Source: Octopus bimaculoides (lineage: Eukaryota). From it: a stretch of 56,534 nucleotides of DNA. A program made the position numbers and the translations under genes. The number at the start of each line of letters is the position of its first letter. Position 1 is the first letter of the stretch. Location: the NCBI RefSeq assembly GCF_001194135.2, contig NC_069010.1, forward strand, positions 414,388 through 470,921, in the 5' to 3' direction. Positions 12,649-25,280 of the stretch are shown here, piece by piece. The notes beneath the pieces are model-generated. The model saw only the letters and a program-made list of their open reading frames with translations, was not told where the DNA came from and did no database searches.

Positions 12649-14503
12649 CTGTAATAATAGATATGAAAATTATACACTACAACCACAATATTTATGAGTA
12701 CGACTACTGCTAACTACAGCAACATCAACAATAATAAGATTATTGGGGATGTTTACGATGTAAGAAAGTTTAATCATTGCTTAAACATTTATCCAAAAGC
12801 AACAAGTAAAATAGAAAACAACTTGCCAAAATGTTGAAAGTTAACGGCAGCAGTAAACCACTGTAAAATTTATTGCCATTAACCACTTAAAATAATGTAT
12901 TAAATGCTGACAGTGTCCAAAGTTCTCTGATCCCATATAGATATGGCCATCAGATCACGCTCTATATCAAAACCGCATCACTCTGTCACCCACCATCAAA
13001 CTTAAACTAGGTCAAAGAATCTGAGTAAAACTGTATCAATCCGCCAGATTTCTTGTTAATCGGAGAATGCACACGAGGATTTTTTCATAAACAATTTACG
13101 AAAAATCACGCGTGCAAAACTCACCAAGAAGAGAAACTAAAACACCGTTACCCAAAGATGATAATTAAAAAAAAATGATCAAACTGAACTCCTCAGTCCT
13201 AGCAAAAAAAAAACAGAAAATAGTAAAATGGACAGAAGAGAAATTTGGTTTTATTTTGCAACTATCTTTTATGACCACGAAATGAAAATACGATATGCTA
13301 GAATAAAATGTGAAGAGAAAATAGCCAAGTTCGAACTGTATCATCGGATCCCAACAAACCAGCTAACTGAATAAGATACATTCTGAAAACGAAAAATATC
13401 GGAAACTGAGAAGAACATTTAAAGGGAAGAATGCATCAGAAAAATACAATAAATGATTTCAGACGCCTAACAACAATAAATATAATGGAAATGTACACCG
13501 CGAAGTCAGAAATAAGATATATGTAGTCTTAATTTGAACCTGAAACTCATTTCTTTCAAACTAGGAAAAATTTCAGAAAGAAAGTAGCCAGATCTCAGAA
13601 ACTAGGTCATGACGTCATGAAAAATGACCAATGATGCTTAAACACTACAGATAATATTGCTAGACTGGCGTCTTTAAAAGGTCAAATAGGGTCGGTGATT
13701 GCAAATGACTGAAGCTTTAAATAAGCTAACTGAACTTGAAGAAAACATAAAGGTCTGAGAACAAGACACACAATAAAACAGAGAACAGAATGCAGCCATG
13801 CTCTTATATTACGCTCTATTCTCCTATATTCTCGTCAGTTAATGTGAAGCATTGTTCTGTGTCAATACCGGTGTCTTTTATTGTTTCTCTCGTGTTCCTT
13901 TCACCAATGTACAACTGTGTAGTCAGAGATATGACTGGCAATTTCAATCTGTATTTTAGCTGCATTTTGAACGTATAGCTTTTAACTTCTTTTCCATTTG
14001 AAAGAATACGATCCCCACCCATTATGTTCTGGAGAGTGTGTTGTACTACTTGATGTGAGAGAAGATTTAACCCGTTTCCAACTTTTCACGTCCGACTTCT
14101 GAATACCTCCTCTAAGTGTAGCGACACAAGGTCGTTCCGCCAGGAACCTTGATCCGAAGTAGACTCCTGGCCCCATACATACACCCTACTGCAGCCATGT
14201 TTGTCGGATAAAGGTCACTCATAATTTCGTAACTTCGATTCCTGTACAGGGTTGTGTCCTTGAAGAAGGCTCTTGATTTCACTTTGTTCCAGTCTGTTCA
14301 ATTGATAATGGATTTGCAGCCTAGTAATGGTCATCTATTTCTCTCTTCAATCGTCACATATATGTCGTTCTGCTGAGTCATGAATAAGAAGACACCCAAA
14401 CAATTGGCGAAAGCATACTACAAGCTACCTACGCATACTGGCTTGCGAGTGACGGTTATCGATATATTTTAACAGAAAGGAAGAAAGTAAGATTTCAGTT
14501 TAC

Positions 14504-14595
14504 CTTTGGTCCTGGACACCTTGTCACTTCTGAATCCTTGCACATCGTTCCTGAACATGTTTGACAATGTAGGTTCCGTTGGAATAACGAGTAAT
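14504..14595 (-). CDS. Ly6/uPAR-like domain exon 1 (phase 1-0, 92 nt)
   Basis: ttctgtag|(N)YSLFQRNLHCQTCSGTMCKDSEVTRCPGPK|gtaaac. The CxxC start is typical of LU domains, and the phases fit both neighbours. Confidence 0.85.
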
Positions 14596-14991
14596 CTACA
14601 GAATATAAGTACATATCCATATTTACGTAACAAATAGTGTAATGCGTAGCAATAACAAGCATGAAAGTTATTTGTTGCCCTTTTCGTTTAGTATTCTGAT
14701 ATAACAAATAAGTGAAAAAGGTAGAACAAGTCAAATATAAGGATGAAATTTGAGAGTTGCAAGTGTTTTTGCAGTGCGAATTCCCTTATAGGAGATGGGA
14801 ATGTCATTTAAATTATGTTACAATGTGATACAGAATGTGGAAAAGGCCATAATATGTGAACTGAGTAACGTATTATTTGAATACACAATAGAAAACATGA
14901 TCACAAATATGATACTCTTTCAAATATATACTCGTTTATGTATGTATGTATGTATGAATACATGTTTGTGTGAGTGCATACGTGTGACTAT

Positions 14992-15048
<57 letters not shown>

Positions 15049-15370
15049 NNNNNNNNNNNNNNNNNNNNNNNNNNNNNNNNNNNNNNNNNNNNNNNNNNNN
15101 NNNNNNNNNNNNNNNNNNNNNNNNNNNNNNNNNNNNNNNNNNNNNNNNNNNNNNNNNNNNNNNNNNNNNTTGTACTTGGGGATGGTCATATTGCCAGTTT
15201 AGCCAATAAAAACACACGCACTGTATATTTGGTGTTAATTTGCTTCAGCTTTATATTACATTAATCTTAATCTTATTTCGGCCAGAGTTCTTTCGTCACA
15301 CTTCTGTGACCTCATCAGTGGTCCTTTGTTTCCTTCCTTCTTATGTGTGTCTCACCTTGCTAAATATCAG

Positions 15371-15404
<34 letters not shown>

Positions 15405-15888
15405 TGACACGTGGGTCTTCATGAGAGATGTGCATAATCGATCCCCATTTTAAGTGCATCACCTGGAAGCTTGATTGCTTTTATTGAAACCTTCTCTGTT
15501 GTAAACAACCAAGGCAAGTCGTTGATCTGAAGATACCTTCCTACTTAGCCCCGACCGATCACAGCAGCCTTGTCAATGGTCAAGAGCATTGACTGTCTTC
15601 CTGGTTTATCGCTAAAAATATAATTTACTTCTCAACTTCCTTTTCTTCCTCTCTCCCTCACAGCAGGACCAACCTACATCCATACATTATTTATCCCTTC
15701 TCTCACATTTACACTATATACACGCTTCATATGCTATACCACACATTTTACATACATATCTCACTTCGGTAGCACAGTTACTCTCTTCAAACTTTATTAC
15801 ACAAAACACCTCTTTACTTTTGGATATTCTATCTATGACACATACATACAAACACATACACACTGGTACATAGACTCATACATATTCA

Positions 15889-16013
<125 letters not shown>

Positions 16014-16299
16014 ACGCACAGACAAACACACACACACATATACACCTATACTCACAAGTAGCCTCGCACACATTCTTGCAACTATTGTTTCGATTTGTAT
16101 CTCTAAATCATTCAACTATTAGTTTACCTCCCATATACGCATACATGCCGACCCCTTCTGCTGTCTCTTTCGATTTGTGCTCACTCTTATCCCAATAAAA
16201 AAAACACTTTGTTCCTCTTGATTTCTTTCGTTAGTCATTTTCTGTCTCTCTCATAACACTCGTGTGTACCAACCCTTTGCTTGTAGTATCTAAATTATT

Positions 16300-17581
16300 T
16301 CACCTTCATCAAATGCGTCATCTTTTTCAGCCTTCTTATATTACTGAATGTTTTGCCTGCTCCTTAGACATTTTTCTGGCCATGGCATTTAACCTTGTCA
16401 AACAACTTTTCTCTCGTATTCAAATTTTAGCCTGTAGTTTCTGTCCATGTTACGTAGTATTACAGCCTTTACAATGTTCACAGAACATTGACCAGCAGTC
16501 GTGGAGTTTGAATTTTGATAACTGGCACGAGTAATCACGAACACAATGTAACTCTTTTCCGATATTTAGATGGCTTCCAGTCCTCCATGTCAGCTAACGC
16601 CATCGACGGTTTACCACTACACAAAGTTTTCCCTAATATAATGGGACATAAAATCGTCATATTTCATACCGACACTCTGTACATATCCATCCATCTACCA
16701 TTTTCTACGCTTTTCATTCCTGGGAGGAGCATGAAGACATCTGGTGCCTCGGGACTTCCTGCATAGGGTCCTATCAGAAGAAACTGCAAATGCAATTACT
16801 GATTGAATTTTCAAGCTTGACCAAATGAGGCTATGGATATTATCGAGCCATCTGTTCTTGGTCTACTGTTGTTTGCATCGTGTGAAGAATCGATCTTGCG
16901 ATTTTCTCATGTGACATTCAAATCGCCTGTCCGTATTACCGGAGATGTAGTGGCTCAATGCAGAAAAGTACCGACTCGATCTGGAGAGACTCCGTCATCT
17001 CCGAGGTATGTAGCGAGTTTGGTTTTGTCACCAAGTTGTCCTCTTCTGAGGATCGTATGTTGGAGCATTTGTTGTCTCTCGTGAGGGTGATTATGTCAAC
17101 AATATACACATGTACTGGTTGTATTTCACTTTATTATTCGTTACTTTGTTAATTTGTTAACGAATTAACTAAATGAATGTTCGCTTAACCGTTCGGTTAG
17201 ACTATCATTCAGTTGTGGTTACTAGCGACATCGTGTCGTCATTCGTGACCGCTTCATTGATTGTCTTAATATTATGGTTCTGTGCTTATGTAGTTGTGAG
17301 TGAGAATGTACGTGATAGAGGGAGCTAGAGAATATGTCTGTGTCTGTGTGCGTAGGTGTGTGTATATGTGAGCGTACATTCATGAATGTGTACGCTGTCA
17401 TGTACGTGTTTGTGTGCGTATGTACGTGTGCCTCTCTGTGTGTATGTGTGTGTGTGCCGTTGGGAGTTTGTGTGATACAGTTGTATCTATAAGGGCAATA
17501 GAGAGAAGATATGAAGGTAAAGCGTGGTAAAACGTTTATTTCTTTATATATCTTTATCAATTGTTTCCGTTTTATAAGACA
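16300..17581 (-). mobile_element. Probable LTR retrotransposon remnant (LTR ~17581-17037, primer-binding-site-like TGGTGAC, decayed internal region)
   Basis: On the minus strand TGTCTTATAAAA... ends at ...GAGGACA, followed by ACTTGGTGACAAAACC. There is an internal AATAAA, and the downstream frames are interrupted. Confidence 0.4.
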
Positions 17582-17672
17582 TTATATCGTGAACTGCAGA
17601 GAATAACCCAGATTTTTTGTTAGTGTTATTAATAAAAAACAAACAAACAGAAGCATGGAAGATTTTACTAAC

Positions 17673-17830
17673 TTTGACATTGCGAATATTTCAGTATATG
17701 TTTTACGTTGCCTGAACCTGCCTGACACTTGCCCTTGACAACCAAAATACGTCTGTATTCTTTTTTGATATGTTTTGCGAAGGCTGGCAGGTGACATCCA
17801 CACATCATATCGTTATTGTTTCGGAGGTCA
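17673..17830 (-). CDS. LRR C-terminal cap (LRRCT) exon (phase 2-1, 158 nt)
   Basis: ataattacag|T-DLRNNNDMMCGCHLPAFAKHIKKEYRRILVVKGKCQAGSGNVKHILKYSQCQ-A|gttagt, with the CxC...C...C pattern of LRRCT caps. Confidence 0.85.
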
Positions 17831-18362
17831 CTGTAATTATAAAGAGAGATGAATGCGCCTCAGATCAACAACAAAGAAACTCATGTTTGATTTGGCAAGA
17901 AGAAAAGATTATAGAATTTGAGCAGATATATTAAAGTTATGACATTCATGGCATTTTTTCCAAGAGTAGTTGATAACATCAATAATGTGAAATGGCTTCT
18001 AGTGGAAAGTGGAAACCTGTTAAGGTTCTATTCTCTTTTAGCTTACGTATTGAATAATAAAGTACATTTGAGAAAATTACTAGCCATTTCAAACGATTCC
18101 ATTTTATCGTGGTTTAGGGACGTTTTAGTGTCGGAAATTTTGTGTTAACATTCTTACACCACTGTATCTGAGAAAAAAAAATTTAGATGGGAGCTTTTGG
18201 CGCTTAGAATGTTGCGTTTATTCTAAATAGCAAGTATTTATAAAGTTAGGGACGTACCACCGTAGAAACTGAAAGATTACTATTGTACTATTTTCAGTTT
18301 CAACGTCACAGACATGTATACACCTGATTAACAACAACAACAACAACAACAATAATAATAAA

Positions 18363-18891
18363 TGCTCTGATGCAGTAACAGGCACTGGATCTAATGGCTT
18401 CTGATCTTAACTAATTCGAGTTGTTATCATATATATGATTTATCTTGGCGTAAAAGATGGGCTACAGCAAATATTCTGCCTCAATGCCACAGATTTGCCT
18501 GTCAGTTGTTTGACCATAAGCAGTTGAGCATATCCCTTGGTGGCTGACAGTATGTGCATCTCTGATCACGCGCAGAAGTAGTGAGAGAGCATCATGGCCA
18601 TGTGTCGAGGGAACTCTTGGGATTTGAATAATTCACCTCCGAAAACATAGGTGGTTCGTTGAACATCCTTAAAGCACCCTTATTCGTTAATATTTTGAGC
18701 GGGATATGTTACTCGGCCAGAAGAAAATTCTAACTGGACCTCATCTGCAAAGTCATACATTGTCTATCTTGATACCGCATCACCATGTCACGCACGTATG
18801 GTTGAGATGCATGTGCCTGGTGAACCCTTATCAGACGGGTTGTCATGGTATACTCCAGTATCACTTTGAAGGCATGCACTGTTATCTCACT

Positions 18892-18892
<1 letters not shown>
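18363..18892. mobile_element. AAT-flanked element, copy 3
   Basis: Same termini as the other copies, flanked by (AAC/AAT)n and (ACT)n(AAT)n. Confidence 0.7.
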
Positions 18893-18958
<66 letters not shown>

Positions 18959-18959
18959 G

Positions 18960-19026
<67 letters not shown>

Positions 19027-20097
19027 TGATAATAATGCTTTCAAAGTTTTCCACAAGAGAAGCCATTTTGTGGGAGGTGATGAGTCATTTACATCCGCAC
19101 CAGTATTCAATTGGTACTTGTTTTCTCGACCNNNNNNNNNNNNNNNNNNNNNNNNNNNNNNNNNNNNNNNNNNNNNNNNNNNNNNNNNNNNNNNNNNNNN
19201 NNNNNNNNNNNNNNNNNNNNNNNNNNNNNNNNNNNNNNNNNNNNNNNNNNNNNNNNNNNNNNNNNNNNNNNNNNNNNNNNNNNNNNNNNNNNNNNNNNNN
19301 NNNNNNNNNNNNNNNNNNNNNNNNNNNNNNNNNNNNNNNNNNNNNNNNNNNNNNNNNNNNNNNNNNNNNNNNNNNNNNNNNNNNNNNNNNNNNNNNNNNN
19401 NNNNNNNNNNNNNNNNNNNNNNNNNNNNNNNNNNNNNNNNNNNNNNNNNNNNNNNNNNNNNNNNNNNNNNNNNNNNNNNNNNNNNNNNNNNNNNNNNNNN
19501 NNNNNNNNNNNNNNNNNNNNNNNNNNNNNNNNNNNNNNNNNNNNNNNNNNNNNNNNNNNNNNNNNNNNNNNNNNNNNNNNNNNNNNNNNNNNNNNNNNNN
19601 NNNNNNNNNNNNNNNNNNNNNNNNNNNNNNNNNNNNNNNNNNNNNNNNNNNNNNNNNNNNNNNNNNNNNNNNNNNNNNNNNNNNNNNNNNNNNNNNNNNN
19701 NNNNNNNNNNNNNNNNNNNNNNNNNNNNNNNNNNNNNNNNNNNNNNNNNNNNNNNNNNNNNNNNNNNNNNNNNNNNNNNNNNNNNNNNNNNNNNNNNNNN
19801 NNNNNNNNNNNNNNNNNNNNNNNNNNNNNNNNNNNNNNNNNNNNNNNNNNNNNNNNNNNNNNNNNNNNNNNNNNNNNNNNNNNNNNNNNNNNNNNNNNNN
19901 NNNNNNNNNNNNNNNNNNNNNNNNNNNNNNNNNNNNNNNNNNNNNNNNNNNNNNNNNNNNNNNNNNNNNNNNNNNNNNNNNNNNNNNNNNNNNNNNNNNN
20001 NNNNNNNNNNNNNNNNNNNNNNNNNNNNNNNNNNNNNNNNNNNNNNNNNNNNNNNNNNNNNNNNNNNNNNNNNNNNNNNNNNNNNNNNNNNNNNNNN

Positions 20098-20391
20098 ACC
20101 TGGAAATAGAGATAACTCGAATGTGGAATCTAAAAACAGAAACAATTCCTATCATAGTAGGTGCCTTAGGTATAATAAAAAAATATTCAGACAAATACAT
20201 AACAAAAACACCAGGACTTACAAATATATATAACATACAGAAAATTGCACTACTGGGTACTGCACACATTCTACGCAAAACACTTTCAATACAGTAAACA
20301 TAAGAGCACCACAGCAAACCACAGCACATACCCAAGGCGCACAGAGCTGCGCTCGGTAGTGAAGTGAAAGCACGTTATAAAAATAAAACTA

Positions 20392-20400
<9 letters not shown>
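20098..20400 (+). mobile_element. R4/Dong-like family A 3' end
   Basis: LEIEITRMWNLKTETIPIIVGALG...RKTLSIQ*, followed by the 3' UTR and an AAT tail. Confidence 0.8.
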
Positions 20401-20432
<32 letters not shown>

Positions 20433-20478
20433 CAACAATAATGATAATAACAACAACAACAACAATAATAATAATAAA

Positions 20479-21033
20479 TGCCCGGATGCAGTACCAGGCA
20501 GTGGATCATGGCTTCTGATCTTAATTGATTGGAAGTGTTATCATGTATATTGCTTTGTCTTGGTATAAAATATGGGCTACAGCAAATATTCTGCTTAATA
20601 CCACAGATTTGCTTGTCAGTTGTTTGACCTTAACCATTTGAGCATGTCCCTTGGTGGCTGACGATTATGTGCATCTCTGATCATGAGCAGAAGTAGTGAG
20701 GGAGCATCATAGCCATGTGTTGAGAGGAATTCTTTGGAGTTTGAATAATTCACCTTTGGAAACATGGGTGTTTTGCTCAACATCCTTAAACAAACCTTAT
20801 ACAGAGACCATTTGAGTGGATTGGGGTACTCGACCCGAAGAAAATTCTAACTGGGCCCCACGTGCGAAGTCATACGCTGTTTATCTTGATATGAGATCAT
20901 CATGTCACACACATATGGTTGTGATGCATGTGCCTGGTGTACCCTTATCAGATGGGTAGTCATGATGGGTATAATGGGTTTCGTATATTTGTACCCCAGT
21001 GTCACTTTGATGGCATGCACTCCTCTCTCACTC
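20479..21033. mobile_element. AAT-flanked element, copy 4 (555 bp)
   Basis: Begins tgcccggatgcagtaccaggcagtgg and ends atgcactcctctctcactc, with AAT tracts on both sides. Confidence 0.75.
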
Positions 21034-21088
<55 letters not shown>

Positions 21089-21104
21089 GGAACAACAACG
21101 ATAA

Positions 21105-22621
21105 TAATATGTCTCCATTTCTCTTCTGCTTGGCACTGACACCTTTATCTGACTTGCTAAACAGAACTGGATGCGGATACAAATGTTACGGCAAAACAAT
21201 CAGCCACCTTTTATATATGGATGACCTAAAACTATGCTACAAATGATAAACAGCTGGAAACACTACTACAGACAGTACATGGATTTACCAAAGAAATAGA
21301 TATGAGATTTGGATTAGAAAAATGTGCCAAAGGAACACTGAAAAGAGAAGAACTAGTTAAGAGTAGCAACATCACAAATAAAGCCAATGAAATAAGATAA
21401 TTAGACCAAAGCCAGGCATACAAATATTTAGGAATCGATGAACTAGATAGGGATAGGTTACAACACACAAATGCAAGAGAAAATGAAGAAAGAATACTAT
21501 AGACGAGTTAGATCAATTCTGAAAACAGAGCTCAATACTAAAAACAAGATAATAGTTATTAACACTTTAGCCGTCCCAGTTACAAGTTACAGCTGCAATA
21601 TCCTTAACTGGACACTAAATGAACTATCTAAAATAGACAGGAAAACAAGAAAAATAACGACAGGATCTCAGATTTACAACCCAAAATCTGACATAGAACG
21701 GCTATATATACAACGTATAAAAGGTGGTAGAGGCCTTATACAGCTGGAAAACTATTATAAAATAAAAACTAATACAAATAGCCACAAAACACGAGCAGAA
21801 CAAAAAATCATACTACCTAACATATATGATGAAGAAGAAGAAGAAACAACAAAAGCTATAAAACAAATGAAATCCAAACTAAAACTAGAACAGCAACGGA
21901 CCATGATAAAACGATGGCAAGAAAAGCCCTTCATATAATGAAAAGAAACATAACAAGTAACTGCATAATATGTGAAGATGGACAAGAAACAATAAATCAT
22001 ATTATCTCATATTATCTCTGGCTGCCCAGACCTGGCTAAGAAGGAATATATTCACAGACATGACAGAGCTGGGACCTACACACACTGGAAGCTATGCCAA
22101 CACTATTGAATAACAAAAGGACAAAGATGGTATAGGCATACGCCAGAAAAGGTCGTAGAAAACAACCATACTCTGGGATATGCCAATACATACAAATAGA
22201 CAAATTAAAGCCAATATGCCAGATGTAGTTGTCAGAGATCATGAAGAAAACATGCTTTCTAATTGATGTATGAATACCAGCAGATGACAATGTTTCCCTA
22301 AAAGAAATAGAGAAACTTTCAAAATACAAAGACCTTGAAATAAAGGTAACTCGAATGTGGAATCTAAAAACAGAAACACTTTCTATCATAGTAGGCGCAT
22401 TAGGTATGATAAAAAAATATTCAAATACATAATAAAAACACCAGGACTTACAAATATATATAACATACAGAAAATTGCACTACTGGGCACTGCACACATC
22501 CTACGCAAAACATTTTCAATACAGTAACCATAAGAGAATCACAACAAACCACAGCACATACCCAAGGCACATAGAGCTGCGCTCGGTAGGGAAGTGAAAG
22601 CACGTTATAACAATAAAACTA

Positions 22622-22627
<6 letters not shown>
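21105..22627 (+). mobile_element. 5'-truncated, degenerate R4/Dong-like LINE (family A): RT C-terminal half, zinc knuckle and RLE
   Basis: Fragments SPFLFCLAL, ISHLLYMDDLKL, EYYRRVRSILKTELN, RLYIQRIKGGRGLIQL, C..C...ETINHI and RHDRAG, with frameshifts and an AAT tail. Confidence 0.85.
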
Positions 22628-22685
<58 letters not shown>

Positions 22686-22926
22686 GAGTCAAAATTAAAA
22701 GGAGAGTGCCTTTGTTATCTAGTGAACGATATTTCGACACCTTTGTGTATCCTCAACGGGTTCAAAAATAAATTTGTCAATCTACTTCATTTTGGTTAAT
22801 ATAGAAAAATTGAGGTAACTCCTCCTGAAGATATAGAGTCAAAATTACAAGAAGAGTTTCATTGTCATCTAGTGAACGATATTTCGACATCTTGCGTGTC
22901 TTCAGCGGGTTCAAAAGATAAATTTG

Positions 22927-23120
22927 TCAATAATTCTCAATTAAGACTGCATCCGGCTTCCTATTCTCTATCTGATGGTCGCACTGAATCATAAGATCCC
23001 ATAGGATCTTCGCATTTCTATTTTCGATGATGCCTTCAGATTTGTGGTCGTACCAATATTTAGCTCTGTCAAGTCCATACTTCTTACTTAATAGACAAAA
23101 TGGTGATGCAAGATTGCAAA
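22927..23120 (-). mobile_element. Inverted fragment of R4/Dong-like family B
   Basis: KKYGLDRAKYWYDHKSEGIIENRNAKILWDLMIQCDHQIENRKPD, paralogous to 24360-24500 on the plus strand. Confidence 0.75.
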
Positions 23121-23124
23121 TGAA

Positions 23125-24877
23125 GGAGAACAAATCTGGGAATGGCCTGGATGGACTATCAGAAAGCTTATGATAGGATTCCACATTCGTGGATCATCGA
23201 GTGCTTACATCTGTTTGGAACTGTGAGGAATGTAACGTGTTTTCTGAAGAGAAGTTTGGCGGAATGGAAACCTAAACTGACATTTTACGGAATAGCTTGG
23301 GCGCCCTTGGTATCAGTAGAAGGATTGTCCAGGGTGACAGCCTATCTCCGTTGCTTTTCATTCTCTGCATGATACTCCTTGGTACTCAGGAAAATTAACA
23401 TGGGGTACCAACTAAATGAAGTATCTCAAACAACCAACCACCCCCTCTTCATGGATGATTTGAAGCTGTATGGTAAAGATGAGACACGTGTAAGTTTCTT
23501 GGGGAACACGGTTCACTCTTTTGACATTGATGTTAGAAAGGAATCTGGACTCAATAAGTGCGGAACCGTCTACATAAAAGGGGGCAAGATACAGTCCCTA
23601 TCAGGGACAGAATTACCGAATACAGACTTGATCAACCAGATTGAAACGGAAGGATACATATACCTTGGCGTACTAAAGGTCAAAGAGATAATGGAAAGGG
23701 AAATGAATGAGCAACTGAGGATGGAATTTCCAGAGATTGAGGTTGGTTCTGCGCTGAATCTTGACTGGATGGAATATAATCAAAGCAGTTAATACGTGGG
23801 CGATAGCATCACTTCGGTATGGAGCGGGAATTATAAAATAGCAAAAGAGAGAAATGAAGAAAATATATACCAAGTTCAGAAAAATGTTGGCAGTAGATAT
23901 GGAGCAGGGGTAATCGCATGGACAGTAGACGAACTAAACAGCTTAGACAGAAAGACAAGGAAGTTGCTAACTAGATATGGGGCACTCCACCCCAAAAACG
24001 ACACAGACAGACTGTATGTACAAATAAAAGAGGGAGGAGAGGACTTATTGGGTGCGAATACGGCATTAGACCAGAAGAGAACAACATAGCATGGTATGCA
24101 AAAAATGTCACGGAACCGATATTATTAGAAGTAAGAAGATCAGGCTTGTGTAGGATAAAAGATTGCAAAGATAAAGCACTGTACAAGCAATTGAAAACGA
24201 ATGAAAGACAACACGTTAGAAAGTGATAAGTGCAGAGTCTGTGGAAACAATGGTGAAACCGTATGACATATTACCAGCCAATGTACGCCACTAGCCCAGA
24301 AGGAATATAAAAGACGCCACGACGATATAACAAAGGTTGTGCATTGGACACTTTGCAACAAGTATGGACTTGACAGAGCTAAATATTGGTACGACCACAA
24401 ACCCAACGGCATCATCGAAAATGATAATGCAAAGATCCTGTGGGATTTTATGATTCAGTGCGACCATGTGATAGAGAATAGGAAGCCAGAAATAGTCTTA
24501 ATTGAGAAAGAAAACAAACTATGCTGGATGATAGATATAGCATGCCCAGCTGGCAACAACGTATGCGATAAGGAAGAAAGAAAAGTCGAGAGATATGACA
24601 GGTTAACTTGGGAAGTTAAGCAGTTGTGGTCGGTGAAGAAGGTGGTAGTAGTATTAATAATTGTCAGAGCCCTGAAAACAGTGAGTGAAAATTTTGAGAA
24701 GTGCATGGAACAATTAGGGGTTGAAATAAAGGTGGAGCACTTGCAGAAAACAGCACTGCTTGGAACCTCTAGAATACTCCGGAAGGTGCTCGATAAACAA
24801 GGGGTGTTACCTTAGTTCACTTACAGTGAAAAGCTAACACTGTAGTACATCTACAGCGTTAGAAGCTGTTCAGAGGC

Positions 24878-24890
<13 letters not shown>
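23125..24890 (+). mobile_element. Degenerate R4/Dong-like LINE (family B), RT to RLE, with (AAT)n tail
   Basis: Fragments MAWMDYQKAYDRIPHSWI, HPLFMDDLKLYG, LDRKTRKLLTRYGALHPK, CRVCG..GETV.HI, ENRKPEIVLIEK and LQKTALLGTSRILRK. Confidence 0.85.
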
Positions 24891-24953
<63 letters not shown>

Positions 24954-24989
24954 GTAATAATAAAAAGATTATGGAACAAAGATATATTT

Positions 24990-25280
24990 TCTCAAATGAA
25001 CAAAATGAGTGCCGACGAGGTTCATATGGATGTAAAGATCAACTCTTAATCATTCGCATGATCCTTGAGAACTGTCATAACAGACGCAGAAATTTTGGTT
25101 CCGCATGGATTGATTATAAAGAAGACTTTGACGGCATACCGTATTCATGAATCTCGAAATCACTGGATATTTTCAAAATTACCAAATGGTTCCATGGTAG
25201 AAATCGAGAGACAAACGCTGCAATCATCAGAAATATTTGAATAGAATTATTGTGAATATTAATCCTCTTGATAATTTCGT
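24990..25280 (+). mobile_element. Older R4-like RT fragment
   Basis: RGSYGCKDQLLIIRMILENC...AWIDYKEDFDGIPYS*ISKSLDIFKI. Confidence 0.65.

Noticed and set aside
13790-14460. Possible retroelement remnant (LYIGE, GIY-YIG-like)
   Set aside because: The motif is too short and the frames too broken to classify by eye.
18730-20335. ORFs of more than 400 aa
   Set aside because: They are artefacts spanning the 19132-20097 N-gap.
25140-25260. Minus-strand NIHNNSIQ LRR-like peptide
   Set aside because: It is explained by the plus-strand R4-like RT fragment and has no matching splice sites.
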